A DNA stretch of 32,000 nucleotides from Halalkalibacterium halodurans (GTDB lineage: Bacteria > Bacillota > Bacilli > Bacillales > Bacillaceae_D), in contig NZ_SNUY01000017.1 in NCBI RefSeq assembly GCF_004376175.1, positions 1,628 to 33,627 of the forward strand. The letters are read 5' to 3'. The position numbers were made by a program, and so were the translations under genes. Below the pieces are notes generated by a model. That model was not told the DNA's origin, searched no databases, and saw only the letters and a program-made list of their open reading frames with translations. Positions 21,414-27,871 of this stretch are shown here, piece after piece; the stretch's first letter is position 1; every line of letters begins with the position of its first letter.

Positions 21414-21460
21414 CCTAAGCTGGATAGATCGTGAAGACTACGCCCATTCCTAGTGCACCT

Positions 21461-21494
21461 TAAAAGCCCTACTCGTTTACACGAGCAGGGCTTT
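21461..21494 (-). terminator. Intrinsic terminator after tRNA-Met
   Basis: A 10-bp stem with one G-U pair joins 21466-21475 and 21482-21491 around a 6-nt loop. It is followed on the minus strand by TTTTAA. Confidence 0.8.
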
Positions 21495-21501
21495 GAAAGA
21501 G

Positions 21502-21575
21502 TAGCGGCGGAGGGAATCGAACCCCCGACCTCACGGGTATGAACCGTACGCTCTAGCCAGCTGAGCTACACCGCC
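21502..21575 (-). tRNA. tRNA-Met (anticodon CAT), elongator type, 74 nt, CCA not encoded
   Basis: The minus strand reads GGCGGTG TA GCTC AGCTGGCTA GAGC G TACGG TTCATAC CCGTG AGGTC GGGGG TTCGATT CCCTC CGCCGCT A. This folds by hand into a full cloverleaf. Discriminator A is followed by CTC rather than CCA. The sequence resembles the Bacillus elongator tRNA-Met as I recall it, not the initiator or the tRNA-Ile2(CAU) types. Confidence 0.88.
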
Positions 21576-21607
21576 ATAGTGTGAATTTGTTGATTGCGAC
21601 ATGTAAT

Positions 21608-21636
21608 AATATATATGATGACCAAACAAAAGTCAA
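21608..21636 (-). promoter_or_regulatory. Strong sigmaA promoter for tRNA-Met, with an upstream A-tract
   Basis: The minus strand reads TTGACT (21636-21631), a 17-nt spacer, then TATATT (21613-21608). AAAAAAA lies just upstream of the -35 and is UP-element-like. The tRNA 5' end is about 33 nt downstream of the -10. Confidence 0.65.
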
Positions 21637-21653
21637 TATCTTTTTTTATCAAG

Positions 21654-21683
21654 GAGAAAGACAAGCGAATGCTTGTCTTTCTC
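21654..21683 (-). repeat. 13-bp perfect inverted repeat (hairpin) between yabR and the tRNA promoter, with no U-tract
   Basis: GAGAAAGACAAGC (21654-21666), loop gaat, GCTTGTCTTTCTC (21671-21683). On the transcribed (minus) strand it is followed by CTTGATAAAAAAAG, so it is not a canonical intrinsic terminator. Confidence 0.7.
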
Positions 21684-21711
21684 AACATTGTATGATCAAG
21701 CGAGCAGCAAG

Positions 21712-22125
21712 TTACCCTCGACGGGCGCCGCGTCCACCACGCTTTGACTCTGTTTGCCTTTTAATCGTAGCAAGGCGCTCTTCGCTGTCTTTCAAGAAGC
21801 GAGCCATTTTATCTTCAAATGATGGGCCCGGACGATTTGTACGAGGACCGCGATTTCCACCTCCATGTGGGCGTTTCGGTCGTTCAGGCTGATCAAGGGC
21901 TTTTCGGATAGAAAGTCCAATTTTCCCATCAGACTCTACATTTAAAACCTTGACTTGAACCTCCTGTCCAACTGTCAACAACTCATTAATGTCCTTGACA
22001 TAATGATCAGCAACCTCGCTGATGTGCACAAGACCTGTAGAACCACCTGGCAACTCAACAAATGCACCAAATTTGGTGATTCCCGTTACCTTGCCTTGCA
22101 ACTTGCTGCCAACTTCAATTGCCAT
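21712..22125 (-). CDS. yabR: S1 RNA-binding domain protein (YabR-like)
   Basis: The protein has an S1 domain (GSKLQGKVTGITKFGAFVELPGGSTGLVHISEVAD) and a basic C-terminal tail. AAGGAGG lies upstream. Confidence 0.9.
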   Translation of the reverse strand: MAIEVGSKLQGKVTGITKFGAFVELPGGSTGLVHISEVADHYVKDINELLTVGQEVQVKVLNVESDGKIGLSIRKALDQPERPKRPHGGGNRGPRTNRPGPSFEDKMARFLKDSEERLATIKRQTESKRGGRGARRG

Positions 22126-22173
22126 GAAAAAATTGTTCCTCCTTAAAGTAGCTAAAAATCTTCACTTTGGTAT

Positions 22174-22203
22174 AGTATACCCGATCCAAAAAAATGGTGT
22201 CAA
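22174..22203 (-). promoter_or_regulatory. SigmaA promoter for yabR
   Basis: The minus strand reads TTGACA (22203-22198, overlapping the divIC stop), an 18-nt spacer, then TATACT (22179-22174). Confidence 0.6.
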
Positions 22204-22580
22204 TCTGAGGATGATTTAGGCAACTTAAATAGCGTTTCACCTGGCTTGGTCATATAGTAGTCTCGCCTTGCAATCTCTGCAATAAATTCTTCGTCGTTGT
22301 AATTTTTAATTTCTTGTTCAAGAAATTCTTGTTCCGCATGTAGTTCATCGAGCTTTTGCTCAAGGGCTATTTTTTCTTGTTGTATATCCTCTAGCATTTT
22401 CGCTTGTGTTTGCAACGTCATAAAGGCAAAAACACAAAGCAATACAGACACGATTCCAATGGCCACAAGTCGACGAACCAACCCACGGCGTTTCCGCTTT
22501 TGCATTTCGAGATTTTGTTCATGCTGCTGGATATATTGCGAGTCAATTTCACGAATTCTTGATGGTTGTTTTTTGACCAT
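22200..22580 (-). CDS. divIC: Cell division protein DivIC (FtsB family)
   Basis: I trimmed the start to ATG 22580 (MVKKQPSRIREID...), with AAGGAG 8 nt upstream. The protein has a basic stretch, a single TM, a coiled coil and the motif ...AEIARRDYYMTKPGE. Confidence 0.88.
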   Translation of the reverse strand: MVKKQPSRIREIDSQYIQQHEQNLEMQKRKRRGLVRRLVAIGIVSVLLCVFAFMTLQTQAKMLEDIQQEKIALEQKLDELHAEQEFLEQEIKNYNDEEFIAEIARRDYYMTKPGETLFKLPKSSSD

Positions 22581-22585
22581 GGCCC

Positions 22586-23182
22586 TCACTCCTTTTGAAT
22601 CCATTTCCACAGCTTTTTCCAAAATCCTTTTCCTTTTTGAAAAAATGTTGTGGACTGAATCTTATTGATCAGCTTCTGAATGCCTAAAAGGCGGTAAACT
22701 ACCTTTAGCCCCCAAAAGATAGGTTTCCATATCAAATTTAGCAAAAAGTAGAAAATAGATAGGACCGCCGATATTATCATCATACACAAGCGATAAAGAA
22801 GATTCAACAGCCACTTGATCGGCGAAACGAAAAAGATATGGATCATCTTTCTCCCAAACCGATAAAGCGCTAGTACGAACTGGATACCACGCTCCAATAG
22901 CTTCTGATAAACTTGGCGAAACAATGCTTGATAGGCAGCATACCCACAAAGAATAGCTAAAAATATATAAAAGCGAATTTCCCCTTGGTTGACTTGAAGG
23001 AGGACATAAAACAGAATGAGCCCTTGAATCAGCCAAAAAAGAACATCGTTGATAAACTCAAGCCAGTGAAAAAGCATACGGCGGCGCTTTGAGAACCGGT
23101 GATAGGTATCAATAGCTGCGCCAAGCCAAACGCCCATCGCAGCCATTGATAGCATCGTGTAAAATTGAATGGTTAAACTCAC
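22586..23182 (-). CDS. yabQ: Spore cortex biosynthesis membrane protein YabQ
   Basis: The 198-aa multi-TM protein sits between yabP and divIC. Its GTG start at 23182 overlaps the yabP TGA (GTGA). Confidence 0.82.
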   Translation of the reverse strand: MSLTIQFYTMLSMAAMGVWLGAAIDTYHRFSKRRRMLFHWLEFINDVLFWLIQGLILFYVLLQVNQGEIRFYIFLAILCGYAAYQALFRQVYQKLLERGIQFVLALYRFGRKMIHIFFVSPIKWLLNLLYRLCMMIISAVLSIFYFLLNLIWKPIFWGLKVVYRLLGIQKLINKIQSTTFFQKGKGFWKKLWKWIQKE

Positions 23183-23490
23183 TTGAACAACTTCCCAAAG
23201 AACCCTTTAGATTTTTCTCCTTGGCCCTGTTCAAGGTACACCATATCGAAGATCTTTCCTTCGATCGACACCAGTCCTTCCTCTACATTTAAATTTTTCA
23301 TATGCAGATTGCGCCCACGAATCGATAGAAAACCCATTTCTGTCTCAAGCAAAAACTCCTCATTGTCAAAGCTTTCGACTTGCTTAACCCCCGTTATATC
23401 AAGTGTTTTACGATTCCGCATCGTCACATCGTGCTCTTTTGACCGACGTTCATGTCCCATAGGTCTGCCGAAGTCATACTGCTGGTCCAT
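23179..23490 (-). CDS. yabP: Sporulation protein YabP
   Basis: The 103-aa protein contains the YabP family core ...RKTLDITGVKQVESFDNEEFLLETEMGFLSIRGRNLHMKNLNVEEG... GAGGAGG lies upstream of ATG 23490. Confidence 0.9.
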   Translation of the reverse strand: MDQQYDFGRPMGHERRSKEHDVTMRNRKTLDITGVKQVESFDNEEFLLETEMGFLSIRGRNLHMKNLNVEEGLVSIEGKIFDMVYLEQGQGEKSKGFFGKLFK

Positions 23491-23521
23491 TCCGATTCCT
23501 CCTCATTACGACTTTACTGAC

Positions 23522-23550
23522 AGTCTATGAAGGGGGAACCAAAGATAGAA
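23522..23550 (-). promoter_or_regulatory. Candidate sigmaE-type promoter for yabP-yabQ-divIC
   Basis: The minus strand reads GTTCTATC, 14 nt, then CATAGACT. The -10 resembles the sigmaE CATACAnT consensus. The -35 is only a partial match. Confidence 0.22.
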
Positions 23551-23637
23551 CAAGCCCCTTAATCTGATTCTGTTCCTATAAATAGATATAAAGACCCATC
23601 CCTTAAGATCCAACTTGAAAAGCACCTTCCTAAAATG

Positions 23638-23662
23638 CAAAACCGCCGCATAACGACGGTTT
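23638..23662 (-). terminator. Terminator after yabO/rqcP (bidirectional-looking)
   Basis: A 7-bp stem with one mismatch pairs 23642-23648 with 23654-23660 around a 5-nt loop. The minus strand continues TTTGCATTTT. The plus strand continues TTTTTCTTTT. Confidence 0.55.
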
Positions 23663-23667
23663 TTCTT

Positions 23668-23934
23668 TTACTCACTTTTAGAAATCGGCTCTTCTTTTTT
23701 TACTTCATATAACGTGCTTGCTTCTTCTTTCCGAACCGTTTCTTTCACATTTGTAATTTCAACAGTGACAAGCTTTTGACCGAAACGAATCACAAGCTCA
23801 TCCCCTTCCTTCACGACAGTCCCTGCTTTTGCTACGTTTCCATTGACCGTAATTCTACCTTGTTCACAAACTTCTTTCGCCAATGTTCTCCGTTTAATTA
23901 ACCGGGAAACTTTTAAAAATTTATCGAGTCTCAT
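23668..23934 (-). CDS. rqcP: S4-domain RNA-binding protein (YabO / RqcP, Hsp15 family)
   Basis: The 88-aa protein starts MRLDKFLKVSRLIKRRTLAKEVCEQGRITVNG, an S4 domain. Its position after yabN is conserved. Confidence 0.88.
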   Translation of the reverse strand: MRLDKFLKVSRLIKRRTLAKEVCEQGRITVNGNVAKAGTVVKEGDELVIRFGQKLVTVEITNVKETVRKEEASTLYEVKKEEPISKSE

Positions 23935-23936
23935 TC

Positions 23937-25412
23937 TTACTCCCCCTGACTTTCACTTTCTTTTGCTTGATTCCAAAGGACGTCCATTTCTTCTAAGGAA
24001 CTTTCTTCGAGAGTGTCCCCTTTAGCAGTAATTGCCTGTTCAATCGACTGAAAGCGCCGCTTGAACTTCTCGTTCGTTCGGTGGAGAGCCTCTTCTGCGT
24101 ATATATTGTAAAACCGGCCAATATTTACGAGGACAAACAGTACATCGCCGAACTCTTTTGCCATTTCTTGCGAGTGTCCCGCCTGAATTTCCTCTTTAAA
24201 CTCATGCAGTTCCTCGTCAAGCTTCGCCCACATCGGTTCCACTTCTGCCCAATCAAATCCTACCTTCGCCGCTTTCTTTTGCAGTTCAAATGCTAGCATT
24301 AAGCTTGGCAAGCCTTTCGGAATTTTTCCAAGGATGGACGTACTAGCTTGATCTTCGCCCTTCTCGGCTTTCTTTATTTCATCCCATGTTTCGACTACGT
24401 CTTCTGCATCCTCTACCTGTCTTTCACCGAATACGTGGGGATGACGGCGAATCATCTTTTCTGAAATAGAACGAATGACATCCTCGATTTGGAACCAACC
24501 ATCATCCTCGCCAATTTGAGCGTGCAGCAAGACCTGGAGTAAAAGATCGCCAAGCTCTTCAACAAGGTGATCCTCGTTTTCTTCATCAATCGCTTCAAGT
24601 ACTTCATACGCTTCTTCTAATAGATATTTTTTCAATGATTGGTGGGTTTGCTTCTTATCCCAAGGGCAGCCGTCAGGCCCGCGAAGCGTCGCAATGATCT
24701 GGCGCAACGTTCGAAAGTCTTGATACAGTATAACCTCATCCTCAACTGGGGGGACGTATACCGCCGTTAAATTACTGATCGTCGTCACTCGATCAAGCTC
24801 ATATAATGGCACGGTCTCTAGCTTTTCATTTTTTGTTCCAACAGCGGTTGCCACTGTCACCTCGTAATCATCTGGCAAAAGCTCCATAAGTGTTAATTTC
24901 ACATGGGATGCTATCATCTGATCATATACTTGACAAATGACAATGTGCTGCGTTACGTGCACTTCATCACGCGAAAGCATCGTCCCATCGAGCACTTGAC
25001 ATCCCTCGACCGGATCGATCTTCAATGCGGAAAACATAGGGTCTAAAAAGCTTTGTCCCCCTAATATCTTCACCGTGACGCGCCCTTCCCGTTCAGCTGC
25101 TAGCAGCAGTTGAACCGTTCGCTCCGCCACGAGCGGATGCCCAGGTACAGCATAAAGAACCTCCTTGCTTTTGGCCGCCTCTAAAAGTTCGGCAACAATG
25201 GCATCATAGACGGCCTCAAATGTCTCATGCTGCTCATAGATCGAATCAAAAAAGGTAAAAGAATGCCCTTCACCAATGAGCTCTTCTATTACAGGATGAT
25301 CCTTTGTCCTCACATATAGATGATCCTGATTTAGAATTAAGCGATATACCCCGAGCGGTAATTGTTCTAAGTCTCCTGCTCCAAGGCCAATGACCGTAAT
25401 CGTATGGCTCAT
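23937..25412 (-). CDS. mazG: Bifunctional tetrapyrrole-methylase-like / MazG nucleoside triphosphate pyrophosphohydrolase (YabN)
   Basis: The 491-aa protein has an N-terminal TP_methylase-like domain and two C-terminal MazG repeats (EEAYEVLEAIDEEN..., ELHEFKEEI...). Confidence 0.9.
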   Translation of the reverse strand: MSHTITVIGLGAGDLEQLPLGVYRLILNQDHLYVRTKDHPVIEELIGEGHSFTFFDSIYEQHETFEAVYDAIVAELLEAAKSKEVLYAVPGHPLVAERTVQLLLAAEREGRVTVKILGGQSFLDPMFSALKIDPVEGCQVLDGTMLSRDEVHVTQHIVICQVYDQMIASHVKLTLMELLPDDYEVTVATAVGTKNEKLETVPLYELDRVTTISNLTAVYVPPVEDEVILYQDFRTLRQIIATLRGPDGCPWDKKQTHQSLKKYLLEEAYEVLEAIDEENEDHLVEELGDLLLQVLLHAQIGEDDGWFQIEDVIRSISEKMIRRHPHVFGERQVEDAEDVVETWDEIKKAEKGEDQASTSILGKIPKGLPSLMLAFELQKKAAKVGFDWAEVEPMWAKLDEELHEFKEEIQAGHSQEMAKEFGDVLFVLVNIGRFYNIYAEEALHRTNEKFKRRFQSIEQAITAKGDTLEESSLEEMDVLWNQAKESESQGE

Positions 25413-25432
25413 CTTCCCACTCCTTTAGCTTC

Positions 25433-27034
25433 TTACGTGTTACCAAACAAATGGTTCATTCGCTTCGCCCACTTTTGTAAGGTCGGCACCATGTCCCATT
25501 CTTTCTCACTAATGACCTTGCTCCGCAATACAGCAAACAGAAAGCCTAAGATACCTGCAGCTACTGTGAGCAGAACCATCAATAGCGCTTCCATCCGCCC
25601 CTCTCCCACTACTAAAGAGAGCAAGTAACGGCAAACACTCGCAGGGATCGCCATGGCGATAAAGCATACCAACATCGCCTGTGCATTGGCAACTAGACGC
25701 GCAAGGCCGCCGTACAGTTTCGAAAGGGCGACAACATTTATCGTTGCCATTGTAGCGTATGCTGCGATCGTCCCAATCGCTGCACCGACCGTGGTGAATG
25801 CTGGAATGAGGACAACATTTGCAACCATTTTGACAAGCAAACTAACCGCAAGTGCGATCATCGGAATGTGAACATAACCCGATCCTTGGAGCAAGGCAGC
25901 TGTTACAACAAACAAGCTCGCAAAAAAGATAGAAAAGCCGTACACTTGTAACACATGTGTTCCTTCGCTATTCCCGAACAACAGGATGTTTGTTGGCTCC
26001 ATTACGATGAACAAACCAAGTGCAGCAGCCCCTGAAATGAGAATCGTAAACCGACAAGCTAACTCTGTGAATGTCCGAGCTTCTCTCAACCTTCTTCCTT
26101 GTACTGCTTTTGTCATAAACGGAACGATTGCAAGTGAGAAGGACGTAGCGACGACGATGCCCACTTGAACGAGCGGCTGTCCTCGATCATAAATTCCTTT
26201 TTCAATAAATGCCCACGTCCCTTCGATTCCTGCCACCCCTAGCAAGCGGATCATCGTGAATGCATCTACAAGCGGGACGAGCACAAAGACGAGGGAACTT
26301 AAGCAAATGTACACACTTTGCCTAAACCATGGCGTGTTTCTGTTCCCCTTCAACATCCGAAGATTTTTCCGAGATAACCACTCTCTCCAAGCAATTGAGC
26401 GATACCCGATAAGCAAGACGATGATAGCCCCGACACTGCCAGCAATTGATCCGAGCGCTGCACCGACCGCTGCATCATAGCCATCGCCCCCTTGCGACAT
26501 AAAAAGACCTACGAGACAGAGAATACCAATCACGCGAATAATCTGCTCGGTCACATGAGAAAGGGCCGTCGGCTCTAGTTGATGATGCGCCTGATACACT
26601 CCACGAACGACCGATAAAAGGGGGATGAGCAAGATGGAAAAAGCCACGGTCTGCAGCGGTGCAGTTAGGTTTATATCTCCCATGACGAGGGCTATTCTCT
26701 CGGCAAAAACATACAAGGTACTAAACATGGCAACAGATAAAAGAATGAGTCGATAAAAGAAAAAAGAGACCCACGCCTTCGCTTGTTCAACTTCCCCACG
26801 CTCCAAATAACCTGTCACTACTTTGGATAAATACACAGGGAATCCGTACATAGCGAGAATCATCGCAATCCCGTAAAAAGGATAAATTTGCTGGTAAGCA
26901 TAAAACCCTAAATCTCCAGCCATGTTTTGATATGGCACGCGATACGCCGCACTTAACACCTTCGCGAACAATGCCGCAACAGAAACAGAAAGCGCCCCAC
27001 GCAGAAACGGACGAATGGTTTCGTTGTTTTGCAT
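25433..27034 (-). CDS. yabM: MOP-superfamily polysaccharide/lipid II flippase-like membrane protein (YabM, SpoVB/MurJ-related)
   Basis: The 533-aa protein has about 14 TM segments. AAGGAG lies 8 nt upstream of ATG 27034. Its position after spoVT is conserved. Confidence 0.85.
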   Translation of the reverse strand: MQNNETIRPFLRGALSVSVAALFAKVLSAAYRVPYQNMAGDLGFYAYQQIYPFYGIAMILAMYGFPVYLSKVVTGYLERGEVEQAKAWVSFFFYRLILLSVAMFSTLYVFAERIALVMGDINLTAPLQTVAFSILLIPLLSVVRGVYQAHHQLEPTALSHVTEQIIRVIGILCLVGLFMSQGGDGYDAAVGAALGSIAGSVGAIIVLLIGYRSIAWREWLSRKNLRMLKGNRNTPWFRQSVYICLSSLVFVLVPLVDAFTMIRLLGVAGIEGTWAFIEKGIYDRGQPLVQVGIVVATSFSLAIVPFMTKAVQGRRLREARTFTELACRFTILISGAAALGLFIVMEPTNILLFGNSEGTHVLQVYGFSIFFASLFVVTAALLQGSGYVHIPMIALAVSLLVKMVANVVLIPAFTTVGAAIGTIAAYATMATINVVALSKLYGGLARLVANAQAMLVCFIAMAIPASVCRYLLSLVVGEGRMEALLMVLLTVAAGILGFLFAVLRSKVISEKEWDMVPTLQKWAKRMNHLFGNT

Positions 27035-27060
27035 TGGCGTTTCTCCTTTTTTTTCTTGTC

Positions 27061-27069
27061 ATTATACCA
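27061..27069 (-). promoter_or_regulatory. Extended -10 promoter for yabM
   Basis: The minus strand reads TGGTATAAT, a perfect TGnTATAAT, 26 nt upstream of the yabM ATG. The -35 region is poor (CAACTT). Confidence 0.55.
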
Positions 27070-27132
27070 TAGGTTGACATATAAAGTTGGACGTTTGTTA
27101 GCAAAACTTGGATTCCAACCAATCGCTTAAAG

Positions 27133-27166
27133 TAGAAAAGCCATTCCTTCCTCGGAAAGAATGGCT
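27133..27166 (-). terminator. Intrinsic terminator of spoVT
   Basis: A 13-bp stem with one mismatch pairs 27139-27151 with 27154-27166 around a 2-nt apical loop. It is followed on the minus strand by TTTCTACTTT. Confidence 0.75.
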
Positions 27167-27172
27167 TCGTGA

Positions 27173-27712
27173 TTATTGCTCCATTTGACGGGCAAGGAAG
27201 CTCGCTGCTGTTTCTGCCAGCTTTTGTTCCACTTGTCCTTGTAATGTTTCATCTTTATTAAAGATCACCACTGCCCCGATTGGATCTCCATTTGCAATAA
27301 TTGGTGCAATGACGCAGCCTTTAAGTTCTTCTTGCTGTTCACCAACAAGGTTGTATTCGCCCGCATCTGTATGGACGATTGATTTTCTGTCGTTCATTGC
27401 CGACTCTATCATGTCCCCGATGCTTTTATTTGTATAATCCTTCTTCGAGCTTCCAGCCACCGCGATGTACGTATCACGATCAGCGATAAGCACACTATGA
27501 TTCAGACTGTCGTAAAGCGCTTCTGCGTATTCTTTTGCAAAATCACCAAGCTCAGAAATAGGCGAGTATTTCTTTAGGATGACTTCTCCATCACGATCCA
27601 CAAAAATTTCGAGAGGGTCCCCTTCGCGGATGCGCAACGTTCTTCTGATTTCCTTTGGAATCACTACACGCCCCAAGTCATCGATCCGTCGAACAATTCC
27701 TGTTGCTTTCAT
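27173..27712 (-). CDS. spoVT: Stage V sporulation transcriptional regulator SpoVT (AbrB-type N-domain plus GAF-like C-domain)
   Basis: The N-terminus MKATGIVRRIDDLGRVVIPKEIRRTLRIREGDPLEIF is the SpoVT/AbrB swapped-hairpin domain. The 179-aa length matches SpoVT. Confidence 0.95.
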   Translation of the reverse strand: MKATGIVRRIDDLGRVVIPKEIRRTLRIREGDPLEIFVDRDGEVILKKYSPISELGDFAKEYAEALYDSLNHSVLIADRDTYIAVAGSSKKDYTNKSIGDMIESAMNDRKSIVHTDAGEYNLVGEQQEELKGCVIAPIIANGDPIGAVVIFNKDETLQGQVEQKLAETAASFLARQMEQ

Positions 27713-27783
27713 ACCTATGATGCCTCACTTTCTTCTGATGGAATAACTTCTGGATGTAAGTAAAGATGATCCTGTTTACGTGT

Positions 27784-27813
27784 TAGTATCTTTGTTTCCA
27801 GAAGAACTATTCA
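27784..27813 (-). promoter_or_regulatory. SigmaG/sigmaF-type forespore promoter for spoVT
   Basis: The minus strand reads TGAATA (27813-27808), a 17-nt spacer, then GATACTA (27790-27784). The consensus is GHATR-17/18-CAHWHTA. Only the first base of the -10 deviates. Confidence 0.5.
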
Positions 27814-27871
27814 CCATTCGAAGAAAAAAGACATCCTTTTGCCGTTTTACTCCTTCCTTGGGATATCAATA

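Noticed and set aside
21502-21575. A CAT-anticodon tRNA as tRNA-Ile2 (the lysidine substrate of the nearby tilS) or as the initiator tRNA
   Set aside because: The acceptor and anticodon stems (GGCGGTG..., TACGG/CCGTG) resemble the Bacillus elongator tRNA-Met. They do not resemble the GGACCTT... Ile2 or CGCGGGG... initiator sequences I recall. There is no C1-A72-type mismatch and no three G-C pairs in the anticodon stem.
23638-23662. A plus-strand terminator (the hairpin is followed by TTTTTCTTTT on the plus strand)
   Set aside because: No plus-strand gene converges on it. I interpret it as a bidirectional-looking terminator serving yabO on the minus strand.
27074-27079. A perfect TTGACA on the plus strand in the spoVT-yabM spacer
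   Set aside because: There is no -10 hexamer at 16-19 nt and no plus-strand gene downstream.
26787-27122. A 111-aa minus-strand ORF spanning the yabM start and its promoter
   Set aside because: It is out of frame with yabM and covers the TGGTATAAT promoter and the yabM SD. It has no SD of its own and an implausible Cys/Arg-rich composition.
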